Source: Candidatus Latescibacterota bacterium (GTDB taxonomy: Bacteria > Latescibacterota > UBA2968 > UBA8231). From it: a stretch of DNA of 64,000 nucleotides. Position numbers and translations under genes: made by a program. How positions within the stretch are numbered: position 1 is the stretch's first letter; each line of letters opens with the position of its first letter. The notes beneath the pieces were generated by a model. That model was not told the DNA's origin. It saw only the letters and a program-made list of their open reading frames with translations, and did not search any database. Shown one piece after another: positions 29,185 through 39,158 of this stretch. The stretch is taken from NCBI GenBank assembly GCA_965208105.1, contig OZ242318.1, positions 4,224,001 to 4,288,000 of the forward strand, given 5' to 3'.

Positions 29185-30653
29185 GGCCATTCGTCCAGGG
29201 GATACACCTTGCGCCCCAGATTGTGGAACTTCAGGTCTCCAGCGGCCGGGTTGTGCACTCCGGGCTCGGAGACGGGGTAGATGGCTCCCGCCCAAGGCTC
29301 GAATGCGGCCCGGTAATGGGTGGCCGATTTGATTCCGATGTAGCGCATGCGCTGCGGCGTCAGACCCAGGGATCGGGACAGGGCGGTGTCGAAAGGCTGC
29401 TCCCGCTTGCTCACCAGGATGACGTGAACCCCGTCCTGCACAATGTGGGCGGAGGGTCCCGAATCGCCTTCCAGACCTGCGTTGCGGGGTCCTTCGAAGC
29501 GAAAACGGCCGTCGGAAAGGCCGACTACCCTGGCCTCCATGGTCAGGGGGTCCCCCTGCAAGGGGGTGGATTTTGCGCCCACATCAAGGGTCAGGACGGC
29601 GCCCGTGCCCGCCTCGTGGCATTGCGCGACCGCCTCCGGATCGACCATGTGAATGATGCAGGCATCTCTGAGCCCGGCCTCCATGAAGGCTCTCAGCATG
29701 CCCGTGCTGTCCCCGGGAGACCCGCCGCCGGGGTTGTCGCTGCGGTCGGAGAAGATTGCCGGGAAACGGGCGGCGGCTTCGGCCTCGGCGAGTGCCTCCC
29801 GGGTGGAGGCAACCTTCACGTGCCAATCTGCCCTGCGGTCAAAGATCCAGGCGGCCAACTCGTCGGCATGGGCCTGCGCCAGAGCCTGATCGGAATCGGT
29901 GACGACGTAGACCGAAGCTCCCATGTCGGGAACGTCCGCCAGGGGGAAGCTGGTGGCAATGGAGCCGCAGACCACTCCGGGCCGTGCCTCGATCCGGTGC
30001 AGTTCGGCAATGGCTTCGCGCATGGGTGAGTGGGCGGTGACCTGGTTCAAACCCCAGATCATCGGGAGCTTGCTCAGGGCCATGGTGGGACGCAGACCTT
30101 CCCGATGGATGCGCATCAGGATATCGGCGCATTCGAGTCCGCGCTCGGCCTGGTCGATTTCGGGGTAGGTTTCGCGCCCCACCAGGACGTCCGCTTTTTC
30201 CACCATGGTTTGCGAGACGTTGGAGTGGATGTCCAGTTGAGCCAGGATGGGAACTCCGGGACCGACCAGTTGGCGGATGGCCGTCAAGATGTGGCCCTCT
30301 CCGTCCTCGATGCCTTCGGCAACCATCGATCCGTGAAGCTCGAGCAGGATGCCGTCTATGCGGCCTGCCTTGGAAATGCCCTCCAGCATTTCGTCCAGGA
30401 CCGCGTCGAAGATACCCCGCGGCGTCGGACCGCTCGGGTAGGGGTTGGCATAGATGGTGGGCAGGAGCTCGAAGCCGTGGGCGCGGGCTCCCTCGGCGTA
30501 CCCGCCGATGGGAGTGTTGGTGCCGCTGAATTTGCGCAGAAGCTCGTCGCCTCGCAGGTAGCCGAAGCGCTCGTTGCGATAGCTCTCCCAGGTGGTTTCC
30601 ACCGGGGTGAAGGTACTGGTCTCGTGGCAGAATGCGCCGGTGATTATCCTCAT
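29181..30653 (-). CDS. M81 family metallopeptidase (MlrC-like)
   Basis: HETSTF, LHGSM..DGEG, LDIHSN, TYPEID, DNPGGG, KSATHYRAAF. Confidence 0.9.
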   Translation of the reverse strand: MRIITGAFCHETSTFTPVETTWESYRNERFGYLRGDELLRKFSGTNTPIGGYAEGARAHGFELLPTIYANPYPSGPTPRGIFDAVLDEMLEGISKAGRIDGILLELHGSMVAEGIEDGEGHILTAIRQLVGPGVPILAQLDIHSNVSQTMVEKADVLVGRETYPEIDQAERGLECADILMRIHREGLRPTMALSKLPMIWGLNQVTAHSPMREAIAELHRIEARPGVVCGSIATSFPLADVPDMGASVYVVTDSDQALAQAHADELAAWIFDRRADWHVKVASTREALAEAEAAARFPAIFSDRSDNPGGGSPGDSTGMLRAFMEAGLRDACIIHMVDPEAVAQCHEAGTGAVLTLDVGAKSTPLQGDPLTMEARVVGLSDGRFRFEGPRNAGLEGDSGPSAHIVQDGVHVILVSKREQPFDTALSRSLGLTPQRMRYIGIKSATHYRAAFEPWAGAIYPVSEPGVHNPAAGDLKFHNLGRKVYPLDEWP

Positions 30654-30774
30654 GGATTTCCCCGCCTTGGACTGAATGGAGGTGTGGTGCATCTGCAGAG
30701 CGGGAAAGGGAGGCCGCGCCCCTTTCTCGAACCCGCAGCCGCAGGATAGGGCCCGGTCTCCTGCTGCCGGCAGA

Positions 30775-31701
30775 CTATTCTGTCGATCCGTAGTGCGGTC
30801 CCCAGTCCTCCGCGATCCGCCGTCCCAGGGAGAGCAGGTCTCGTTCCTCGGCACTTGCGAGGGGCAGATAGCGCCGGACCCACTCGATGTTCTTGAGAAG
30901 TTCTTCCCCTGCGTACATACCTATCACGGCGAGGGCCACCCCGGGCAGACTCAGGGCGTAGCGCAGGGCGATTTCGTGATCGTGGTGCCCGAGGGCGCCA
31001 AGGGCGGACGGCCTCCCCTTTTCGCCTTCGGAGGTCTCGTACCTCATCGCCTTGGCTCCTCCGTAGACCTTCATTGCGGCCACGCCGACGTTGCGCTCAA
31101 CGGCGAGGGGCAGGGCTTCCTGCTCGAAATTGTAGGTGTGGCGGTCGGCGAAATTGAAGGCCAGCATGATTGCGTCCACCTCGGCTTCCCGCAGGACCCT
31201 GGCCGCCTTCCAGGGGGCGTTGTGGGACGAGAAGCCGACGTAGCGGGTCAGGCCCTGGCGTTGGGCCTGGCGCAGGCCGGCCAGGGCTCCGTCGGGGGCC
31301 TGGACCTCGTCCACGTCCAGGTTTCCCAGGGTGTGGACGAAGGTCAAATCCACCTGCTCGGTCTGCAGGTCGCGGAGGCTTTGCTCCAGGATGCCCAGGG
31401 CCTGGCCACCATTGGAGGTGGCGGTTTTGGTCACCAGGAAAACCTCGTCGCGCCGCCGCCTCATGACCTTGCCCAGCTGCACCTGGGCGCGGCCGTAGCC
31501 CGGTGCCGTGTCCAGATACGTCACACCCAGATCGATGGCCCGGTTGTAGAGTGCAATGGCGTCGCTGTCCTCCATGCCCATGCCGCCGGGTCCCGTCCCG
31601 AGCCCCAGAATGGGCACCCGTTCCCCGGTTTTGCCGAGCACCCTCTGGGGCAGCATCTCCGGCACGGCCGCCACCCTTTCCGATACAGCGGCGATTGACA
31701 T
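30775..31701 (-). CDS. Aldo/keto reductase
   Basis: RVLGKTG..V..LGLG, DTAPGYG, LVTK, SLRDLQTEQVDL, RYVGFS. Confidence 0.9.
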   Translation of the reverse strand: MSIAAVSERVAAVPEMLPQRVLGKTGERVPILGLGTGPGGMGMEDSDAIALYNRAIDLGVTYLDTAPGYGRAQVQLGKVMRRRRDEVFLVTKTATSNGGQALGILEQSLRDLQTEQVDLTFVHTLGNLDVDEVQAPDGALAGLRQAQRQGLTRYVGFSSHNAPWKAARVLREAEVDAIMLAFNFADRHTYNFEQEALPLAVERNVGVAAMKVYGGAKAMRYETSEGEKGRPSALGALGHHDHEIALRYALSLPGVALAVIGMYAGEELLKNIEWVRRYLPLASAEERDLLSLGRRIAEDWGPHYGSTE

Positions 31702-31767
31702 ACCCGACCTCCTCTCAGCCCGGCTGCGCCGGGTGATTGGCCTTCATCAGATTTCCGCCCGCTTGCA

Positions 31768-32961
31768 TCACCTGAGCACAGCCGCGATGGCGGAACACAG
31801 ATAATCCATGTTCGCGGGCGTCATGCCGGCGACATTGATGCGCCCGGATCCGACCAGGTAGATGGAGTACCGGCTCCTCAGGGCCTCGACCTGGTCCGGG
31901 CCCAGGCCGGAGAAGGAGAACATGCCCCGCTGGCACCTGATGAAGGAGAAGTCCCGGTCCACCCCTTTGGTTTCAAGGGTTTGGGCAAACAGCGCACGCA
32001 TGCCGTTGATGCGGGCGCACATGGCTCTGAGCTCCTCCTCCCACTGACGGCGCAGCCCCTCGTCCTGGAGCACCTTGCAGACGATGGCGCCGCCGTGGGC
32101 GGGCGGGTTGGAATAGTTGGTGCGGATGCAGATCTTGAGGTGGCTCAGCGCCTTGGCTGCCGCCGATGGGGTTGGCGCAATCAGGGTGAGGGCGCCGATG
32201 CGCTCGTTGTAGAGGCCGAAGTTCTTGGAGAAGGAGCTGGCGACGAAGAGTTCGGCTCCCGTGCGGCACAACTCCTGAAGCCCGGCGGTGTCCTCCCCCA
32301 ACCCCTCCCCCATTCCATGGTAGGCGAAGTCCACCAGGGGGACGATCCGACGCTCGCCAATGACGGCGGCGATGCGTTTCCACTGGTCGGGGGTCGGGTC
32401 GACCCCGGTGGGGTTGTGACAGCAGCCGTGGAGAAGCGCAACGTCTCCGGGGGGAATCTCCATCAGGGCGGACAGCATCCTCTCCAGGTCGAGGCCGTGG
32501 GTGGCGTCGTCGTAGTAGGGATAGGTCCTTACCTGGAGGCCCGCGGCCTCGAAGACTTTGGGATGGTTCGCCCAGGTCGGATCGCTGATCCAGAGACGCG
32601 CCCGGGGGAAGAGCTTGTGAATGAAATCCGCGGCCACCCGCAGGGCGCCGGTGCCGCCGGGAGTCTGAGAGGTGACGGCGCGCTTGTCGGCGACCACTTC
32701 GTGGCCGGCTCCGAAGAGGAGATGCTGTACCGCGGCGGCAAACTCGGGCGGCCCTTCGATGGGAGAATAGTCCTTGGTGGCCTCGTCCTCCAGCAGGCGC
32801 TCCTGGGCTTTCCTGACTGCCGCGAAAACCGGAGTGTTGCCCTCGGCGTCTTTGTAGACCCCGACCCCGAGATTGATCTTGTTGGGACGGGGATCCTTCT
32901 GGAAGGCTTCGGTGAGTCCGATTATGGGGTCCGGAGGAGCGGTCTCGATTGTTTCGAACAT
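31768..32961 (-). CDS. aspC: Aspartate/aromatic aminotransferase (class Ia)
   Basis: PPDPIIG, NLGVGVYKD, GGTGALR, HGCCHNPTG, SFSKNFGLYNERIG, GRINVAG. Confidence 0.94.
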   Translation of the reverse strand: MFETIETAPPDPIIGLTEAFQKDPRPNKINLGVGVYKDAEGNTPVFAAVRKAQERLLEDEATKDYSPIEGPPEFAAAVQHLLFGAGHEVVADKRAVTSQTPGGTGALRVAADFIHKLFPRARLWISDPTWANHPKVFEAAGLQVRTYPYYDDATHGLDLERMLSALMEIPPGDVALLHGCCHNPTGVDPTPDQWKRIAAVIGERRIVPLVDFAYHGMGEGLGEDTAGLQELCRTGAELFVASSFSKNFGLYNERIGALTLIAPTPSAAAKALSHLKICIRTNYSNPPAHGGAIVCKVLQDEGLRRQWEEELRAMCARINGMRALFAQTLETKGVDRDFSFIRCQRGMFSFSGLGPDQVEALRSRYSIYLVGSGRINVAGMTPANMDYLCSAIAAVLR

Positions 32962-33146
32962 TGATGATCCCTTGGCGGCGGTGACGAGGGTCCGGGGAGG
33001 CGGCCCCTCCCGGGACCCCCGGCGGGATTTCAGGGCCTTTCGTTCAAGCTGCCGGTCCGCTGTCATCGCCCGGGTCACTCAGGTCCCCTGCGGAATGCGC
33101 CGTGCATCCCGGCAGGAAGCCAGCGTGCACGCACAGGGGAGGGCAA

Positions 33147-33626
33147 TCAGCGCCGGCGCCTGTAGGTGAGGAAATCTAAGCCGTCCTCCGCACGCATGTC
33201 AACGATCTCCCACTCTCGCGGGTCCCAGTCGGGAAAGGTCGTATCGCCTTCCACCTCATCGGGGATTCGGGTGATGAGCATCTCGTCGGTCAGGGGCAGG
33301 GCGAGGCGGTAGACCTGGGCCCCGCCAAGGATGAACATCTTTTCGGCGCGGGCATTCTCGCAGTAATTCCTGGCCTGGCCAAGGGACCGGACCACGAGAA
33401 CCCCGGGGGGAGCCCGGTATTCAGGGTTGCGGCTGAGAACGATGTTCTTGCGCCCCGGCAGAGGACGCTGCTTGAATGACTCGAAGGTCCTGCGTCCGGC
33501 GACGACCGGATGGCCCATGGTGGTGCGGACGAAATGCCGCAGGTCGGCTGGATGGCGCCAGGGTATGGCGCCGTCTCTTCCGATGATGTTGTTCCTGCTC
33601 GTAGCGACGATGATGACCGTCTTCAC
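33147..33626 (-). CDS. folA: Dihydrofolate reductase
   Basis: IGRDGAIPW..ADLRHF...T, GRRTFES, PLPGR.NIVLSR, GGAQVY, GDTTFP; GTGA overlap with mlaF. Confidence 0.92.
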   Translation of the reverse strand: MKTVIIVATSRNNIIGRDGAIPWRHPADLRHFVRTTMGHPVVAGRRTFESFKQRPLPGRKNIVLSRNPEYRAPPGVLVVRSLGQARNYCENARAEKMFILGGAQVYRLALPLTDEMLITRIPDEVEGDTTFPDWDPREWEIVDMRAEDGLDFLTYRRRR

Positions 33627-34366
33627 GATGCCGCCGTTCCAGGATTGAAGAAATGCTCGACCCCTGGGATGCCCGATTGCCTGGCCGCGGCCACGGTGCC
33701 GTTGAAGATCACCTTGCCGGCTTCCAACATGACCAGGGTGCCGTCGAGGCGTTCGATGCTGAGAAGCTCGTGGGTGACGATGACCAGGGTGGTTCCAAGA
33801 CTCCGGTTGATGGTCATGAGCAGGCGGTCGATCCCGGCGGCCGTGAGCGGGTCGAGGCCTGCCCCCGGCTCGTCGCAGAAGAGAATCTCCGGATCAAGGG
33901 CCATTGCCCGGGCAAGAGCGGCGCGCTTCCGCATGCCCCCGGAGAGCTCGCTGGGGTAGAGGCCGAAGGCGTGATCCAGGCCAACCAGGTGGAGGCGGGT
34001 GCGGACGATTTCTTCGACCAGACCCCGGTCCAGGCGGGCGTGCATTTCCAGGGGCAGGGCGATGTTGTCGCCCACGGTCAGGGAGTTGAGGAGGGCGCCG
34101 TATTGAAACATTACCCCCATGCGCCGCAGCAGGGCGTCCCGCTCCGACTCGTGAAGCTCCAGGGGGTTCTGCCCCAGCAACTCGACGTGCCCGGACAGGG
34201 GCTGCACCAGCCCGATTAGAGTCTTGAGCAGAGTGCTCTTGCCGCAGCCGCTGCCGCCGAGAATGACGGCGATTTCCCCTTTCTCGACGCACATGTCGAC
34301 GCCGTCGAGGACCAGATTGCCGCCGTAGCCGACCCGAAGTCCGGCGATGTCGATTACATGGCCCAT
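33623..34366 (-). CDS. mlaF: MCE-system ABC ATPase
   Basis: GGSGCGKS, FQYGAL, PSELSGGMRKRAALARA, DEPGAGLDP, VTHE. Confidence 0.92.
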   Translation of the reverse strand: MGHVIDIAGLRVGYGGNLVLDGVDMCVEKGEIAVILGGSGCGKSTLLKTLIGLVQPLSGHVELLGQNPLELHESERDALLRRMGVMFQYGALLNSLTVGDNIALPLEMHARLDRGLVEEIVRTRLHLVGLDHAFGLYPSELSGGMRKRAALARAMALDPEILFCDEPGAGLDPLTAAGIDRLLMTINRSLGTTLVIVTHELLSIERLDGTLVMLEAGKVIFNGTVAAARQSGIPGVEHFFNPGTAAS

Positions 34367-34385
34367 AGCAGGCAGACCGATTTCC

Positions 34386-35510
34386 TCAACCCATGTAGAA
34401 AACAAGACCCCAGAAGGAGTCCAGGATGATGATGCCGAAGATGGAAGTGACCACGGAGGAAGTGGTCGCTTGGCCGACCCCGGCCGCACCCCCGCTGAAG
34501 CCGAGGCCTCGGTGGACGGCGATGAGGGTGACGATCCAGGCAAAGGACAGGCTCTTGGCCAGCCCTGTGACGATGTCCTTGATCACCAGGGCATCGAGGA
34601 CCTGGGAGACGAAGGCCACGGGGGCAACTTCGAGATAGGTGATGCCGATGAGGATGCCGCCGACTATGCCCATGAAGTCGGCCATGATCGTAAGCAGGGG
34701 CACGCACAGCATCATTGCCCACAGCTTGGGAACCGCCACGAAGCGCAGGGGATCGAGGGCCATGGTCCGCAGCGCATCCAATTCCTCCGTGAACTTCATG
34801 GTGGCCACCTCGGCGGCGATGGCCGAGCCGCTGCGGCCGGAAACCACGATGGCCGTCATCAGGGGACCCAGTTCGCGGCAGATGCCGATGGCCAGAAGGT
34901 CGGCCACGTAGATATTCGCTCCGAACTTGCGCAGTTGGGCGGCGGCCTGCAGGGCGGATACCGCCCCGATCAGAAAGAGGATCAGGGCAATGATGGGCAG
35001 CCCCTGTGAGCCGATGGCAACCGCTTGGTCGACAAAGCTGCCGCGGCGAATTCCGCCGCGGCGGAAGAGGGAGGCGCCGGCCGCCCAGGTAAGGTCGGCT
35101 GCGAGGAAGAGAAAGGCGCCCATGCGCCCGTACGTGAAGTGCATCCACGAGCCCAGCGCTTCGAGGCGGCCTCCGGTGGTGGGTTGGCGTGGCGTGTCTC
35201 GGCGTGGTGGTGCGCCGAAGAAATCGAAGAATGGGCGAAGATCTGGAGGAAGGGAGGTCAGTGACACTTCCTTGCCGAACTGCCTGCCGAGTTCGGGAAG
35301 GCGGCGCAGGAAGACCGCGCCGGCAGTATCCAGCCGCGTTACCTGGCTGAGGTCGGCCTGCAGCTCGGAACGAGGGTTGGTGATGAGCAACTCTCTGGCC
35401 TTTGCCTCGGCCGGGGCTATGGTATCGAGGGTCAGTTCGCCGCAGAAGCGCAATTCCCCGCCGCTGCTCTCCACTTGGAGGGCGGGCGGGCGGTCAGAGG
35501 AGGTAGACAA
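34386..35510 (-). CDS. mlaE: MlaE-family permease with N-terminal STAS domain
   Basis: DLSQVTRLDTAGA (STAS), RELGPLMTAIVVSGRSGSAIAAE, EELDAL, GVGQATTSSVV. Confidence 0.92.
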   Translation of the reverse strand: MSTSSDRPPALQVESSGGELRFCGELTLDTIAPAEAKARELLITNPRSELQADLSQVTRLDTAGAVFLRRLPELGRQFGKEVSLTSLPPDLRPFFDFFGAPPRRDTPRQPTTGGRLEALGSWMHFTYGRMGAFLFLAADLTWAAGASLFRRGGIRRGSFVDQAVAIGSQGLPIIALILFLIGAVSALQAAAQLRKFGANIYVADLLAIGICRELGPLMTAIVVSGRSGSAIAAEVATMKFTEELDALRTMALDPLRFVAVPKLWAMMLCVPLLTIMADFMGIVGGILIGITYLEVAPVAFVSQVLDALVIKDIVTGLAKSLSFAWIVTLIAVHRGLGFSGGAAGVGQATTSSVVTSIFGIIILDSFWGLVFYMG

Positions 35511-37005
35511 AGCGCAAAAGCACCTGTTCTCTTGATTGAAGCCGCTTGATATCCTTGTCGCGCTTGAGATCGACGACGATGTCCATGTTGACGTAGCGCG
35601 ACAGGACGAGTCGAAAACGGTTTTCCCAGTTCAAATCCCAGGAACCGGTATTGAAGGAAGGCATGAGTATGTCGAACTCGGAGTCGAGACTGGCGAAGCG
35701 GCTGAGGCGCGCATCCATGACCAGCAGGGCCTCGAACCCGGTGCTGGAGCTGTTCTCCAGAATCCGGACACTGCTTCTGTCGGTGCTGAGAGCGAAGGTG
35801 TCCGAGACGTAGGTCTGGCGCGCGCCCAGGCCGACGCGCAGGTCCACGTTGACCGGAAAGCTGCGGATGAGCTGGGAATTGATGCCTATTCCCTGGCGCA
35901 GGTGCAGGGGGTTCAGGGACGGCGAGAGGGTGAATTCGGTGACCCCTGTCAGGATCTCGGTGGTATCGCCCTTGGCGTCTATCCTGTGAAGGGTGCGGGG
36001 ATTGTCATAGAGAACCTCCGAGGCCAGGAGTTTCGTGTTGAGCACGCCGCGCAAATAAGGACCAATTCCGACGAGGAGGCGGTAGATGTAGGTCCCGCGG
36101 ACTTCGAGCTCATCAATGGATTTGCGGAAGGCCCGGCTTTCCTCCTTGGTGAGTCCTTCTTCGAGGATGAGGCGAAGGATGAAGAGGTGGCGCTCGGAGT
36201 TGTAGCGGCTGCGCTGCAGTACCTGTCCCGAGAAGGAGATGCTTGCGCGGTCCTCGCCGGTGGTATTCTGGGAGGTGTTGAAAAGGGTCGAGCCGCTCAA
36301 TTCCCAAGAAGACTTCCAGTGAGAGCCGAGTTGGCTCGTGCGCAGCTGGGAACTCTGGGGATAAAAGCCGACGAAGTTGCCGGTCTGTGTATCCACCACC
36401 AGGTTGCGCTGGACCAGTTCGCCGGGCTCGAGCCGTACGCTGAATTTGCGCGTGGTGGAAATGTTGTCTCCGACGCGGACGACCTCGTATACTCCCGGGG
36501 GCAACAGCCAGGTGCGCACGCTCTCACCGCGCTCTTCCTCGACCCCGAAGCCGATGCCGTAGTTCTCCTGGTTGCTCAAGCCGAAGAGCTCGTATGAGTC
36601 GTTGGTCGAAGTTCTATTCTGATCGATGACGTCGATTACGAGGCCGGACCAAACCGGCTTCATCAGGGTGGTGTAGCCTTCGACGACCTCCACCTTGCGG
36701 CGCACCATCTGGTCCATGGAGCCCGAACCGATCATGACCTTGTAGATCCCGGGGGAAAGCAGGACCCCGGAGCCGGTAGTCGCTTCGGCGATTTCGCGTC
36801 CTTTCTGGAAGACCAGGAAGGTGGGCTCACTGGGCGAACTGGTCATTGTGGGAACGAACAGCATGCCCTTGCCTTTTGGGATCAGGGTGGGATCCAGCTC
36901 GAGCTGGCCGCGGGTCGGGACGGCGATCCAGGTGCTCTCGTCGGCGCTGAGAGCTGGAGCGCATATCAGCACGAGGAGGAGGTGGGACAAATAGCGCAGT
37001 TCCAT
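35494..37005 (-). CDS. Hypothetical exported protein: two Ig-like repeats plus predicted C-terminal beta-barrel
   Basis: Signal peptide (..PALSA/DE); two L.PG.Y.V motifs; C-terminal alternating-polarity strands ending LLRFVYLL. Confidence 0.75.
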   Translation of the reverse strand: MELRYLSHLLLVLICAPALSADESTWIAVPTRGQLELDPTLIPKGKGMLFVPTMTSSPSEPTFLVFQKGREIAEATTGSGVLLSPGIYKVMIGSGSMDQMVRRKVEVVEGYTTLMKPVWSGLVIDVIDQNRTSTNDSYELFGLSNQENYGIGFGVEEERGESVRTWLLPPGVYEVVRVGDNISTTRKFSVRLEPGELVQRNLVVDTQTGNFVGFYPQSSQLRTSQLGSHWKSSWELSGSTLFNTSQNTTGEDRASISFSGQVLQRSRYNSERHLFILRLILEEGLTKEESRAFRKSIDELEVRGTYIYRLLVGIGPYLRGVLNTKLLASEVLYDNPRTLHRIDAKGDTTEILTGVTEFTLSPSLNPLHLRQGIGINSQLIRSFPVNVDLRVGLGARQTYVSDTFALSTDRSSVRILENSSSTGFEALLVMDARLSRFASLDSEFDILMPSFNTGSWDLNWENRFRLVLSRYVNMDIVVDLKRDKDIKRLQSREQVLLRFVYLL

Positions 37006-37027
37006 GGTCATCCGTGCTCCCGGGATC

Positions 37028-37816
37028 TCAGGGGGAGAGTTTGCCTGGAATCAGTTCGTAGTCGGGACTTGCCTGACGATCCGGCCCGGTGGTGTCCGCC
37101 GCGGTTTCCTGAATGGAAGTGTCCAGGAGAGTGGGAAGTTCGATGAGCGGCCGGCCTTCCTGCTGGCGCTTCAATTTGAGGAGTACCAGGTCAATTTCGT
37201 AGATGTATTTTTCCATCTGCTGGCGCAGTATTTCGCGCAGGGCCTGGATTATGTAGACCATCCCGGGATTGTAAACCTGCCTTTCCTCATCGAAGTCTCT
37301 GCGCCAGATCACGTTGGAATCCTTGGCATCCACCAGCTGCATGGACATGGACAGGCGCGCAAACCACAGGTCGCCGCTGTCGTAGCGCTCGATGGCCTTG
37401 ACCGCCCCACTCAATTTGTAGTCGGGCCGATCCTCCAGGAAGTTGCGGTCCAGCTGGGTGAAGAGGGAGGCATTGTCGAAGTACTGCTCTATGGTGTCCG
37501 TGATCATGTCGGGAGGACGCACGGCCCAGATGTGGCGCTTGTCGAAGCGGATTTCCAGCTCGCTGCGGCGAAAGACGATTTCGTTGCGGTTGTAGGCGCG
37601 CGAGACATTGAAGGGTTCCAGCTCCACCACGGCGGAATAGGGGCGCTCGGACTCCTTGAGGTAACGCCGGATGGGCTCGGCCTCGATGAGGTAGAGCCGG
37701 CTCTGGCGGATCTCCGCCTTGCCTCCCAGCATCTGGGAACAGGAGACGATGGCCGTGACCGCGGCGAGGCCGAGGCCTGTAACTCCTGCGCGCACGAGCT
37801 TCCGCCGTTCACTCAC
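37028..37816 (-). CDS. PqiC/ABC-type transport auxiliary lipoprotein
   Basis: Lipobox AIVSC, 'HIWAVRPPDMI', 'DYKLSGAVKAIE'; position directly after mlaD. Confidence 0.8.
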   Translation of the reverse strand: MSERRKLVRAGVTGLGLAAVTAIVSCSQMLGGKAEIRQSRLYLIEAEPIRRYLKESERPYSAVVELEPFNVSRAYNRNEIVFRRSELEIRFDKRHIWAVRPPDMITDTIEQYFDNASLFTQLDRNFLEDRPDYKLSGAVKAIERYDSGDLWFARLSMSMQLVDAKDSNVIWRRDFDEERQVYNPGMVYIIQALREILRQQMEKYIYEIDLVLLKLKRQQEGRPLIELPTLLDTSIQETAADTTGPDRQASPDYELIPGKLSP

Positions 37817-38774
37817 GACTTCCTCCGCGGATGAGGACGGCGGGATTCTCGCGGATGATCTCGGTTATCTCACGCACATTCTGCAGGGTCTCCTCAAGGT
37901 CCTGCATGGCGCGGAGCACGTTGACCCTGCTCTGCACCACTGTGCGATCGATGTGGGTGAAAGTCTGGTCTATGGTGGTGAACATGGTGTCCATCCGGGC
38001 GATCAGCGCAGGAAGCGGGCTTTCCAGCTGGTGGCGCAACTGGGACGCGGCGACCTGGACGTCTTCGGCCGTGCCTTCCACCACGAGCATCTGATGCAGG
38101 GAGTCCATGGTTCCCTCGAAACTGGCGGTGGCGCCGGCGAGGGAACGCGTGGTCGATGCAAGGTTTTCGAAGGTTGCGTTCAGGGGAGCGCGGTTCTCCT
38201 TGACCAGGAGGTTGGCGTTTTCCATCAGTTCTCCCGCCTGGGTCAGGGCGCGGGTGAACTGGCGCCGGTTCTCGTCTCCGGTGAGCAGGATGACGTTGTT
38301 GAGGGTCTGCTCTATTTTCCGGGTGAGAACGTCGGCGCGCTCCTCGAGGTTGGAGAGGAAGGAGTCGCTCGCACGGATCCGCGAGCCGGGGGGGAGGATG
38401 TCCGCATCCTGGCTGCCCGCAATGAGTTCGATGTATTTCAGGCCGGTGATGCCCTGGTTGTAAATGCTTGCCTCGGTATCCGCGCGGATGGCATTGGGCA
38501 CCCTGTCCGGATCGACCGTGATTTCCACCACCACCGTGGTGACGCTGGTGGGAGAGATATATGTATTTTCGACCCGGCCGACCTTTATTCCCTGGTATTT
38601 GACCGCGGCTCCCTGGTTCAGACCACCCACCGATATGTCTTCGAATTCGACGATGTAGCCGTGGCGGTCTTCGAGCAGGTGGGAGCCGGCGACCACTATA
38701 AGGAAAACGATGAGAATGCCGGCGGAAACGATGAAGAAGAGGGCGAGGCGCCGCTTCTGAGCTGGGGTAGCCAT
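37809..38774 (-). CDS. mlaD: MCE/MlaD domain protein with long C-terminal helical region
   Basis: N-terminal TM, VGGLNQGAAVKYQGIKVGRV, GITGLKYIEL, C-terminal NPAVLI. Confidence 0.92.
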   Translation of the reverse strand: MATPAQKRRLALFFIVSAGILIVFLIVVAGSHLLEDRHGYIVEFEDISVGGLNQGAAVKYQGIKVGRVENTYISPTSVTTVVVEITVDPDRVPNAIRADTEASIYNQGITGLKYIELIAGSQDADILPPGSRIRASDSFLSNLEERADVLTRKIEQTLNNVILLTGDENRRQFTRALTQAGELMENANLLVKENRAPLNATFENLASTTRSLAGATASFEGTMDSLHQMLVVEGTAEDVQVAASQLRHQLESPLPALIARMDTMFTTIDQTFTHIDRTVVQSRVNVLRAMQDLEETLQNVREITEIIRENPAVLIRGGSRE

Positions 38775-38962
38775 GCTTAAGGAGGACGTATCGGCAAAGG
38801 TGGAACCTGTTGGAGGTCAGAATATGATCAATCAGACATACTTTATCAAGGGCGCGGGAGGTGGTATGGGAGAAGCGGCCGGACGAGTCATTGGCGCAGT
38901 CTTTCGGTCGGTGGGCGGGGTTGTGCCGGGTGCTGATTGGGGGCGGGGATTTTACCCCTCCG

Positions 38963-38991
38963 TTGCCGGGCCACGGAGATGATCGTATTTT
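38963..38991 (+). promoter_or_regulatory. Putative sigma70 promoter facing the FAR operon
   Basis: TTGCCG-N17-TATTTT. Confidence 0.35.
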
Positions 38992-39158
38992 ACCCCTCTC
39001 CAGGCAGGTCGCGGATTGACAGTGATTCGGGGAGGATGCCGACCTGGTTGGCGAGGCGCGGGTGCCCATCACCGGGACCGAACGGGAAGGAAACCGGGCA
39101 GGAGTGAGGGAGCCATGGGTGGGGAATCGCACCTGCGCCCGGCGAATCATTTGGGGAT

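Noticed and set aside
32962-33146. GC-rich hairpins upstream of aspC as a possible riboswitch
   Set aside because: No conserved riboswitch motif recognised; stems are expected by chance at this GC content
33147-33626. Functional link between DHFR and MCE transport
   Set aside because: Only a 4-nt overlap supports it; no mechanistic rationale, likely operon hitchhiking
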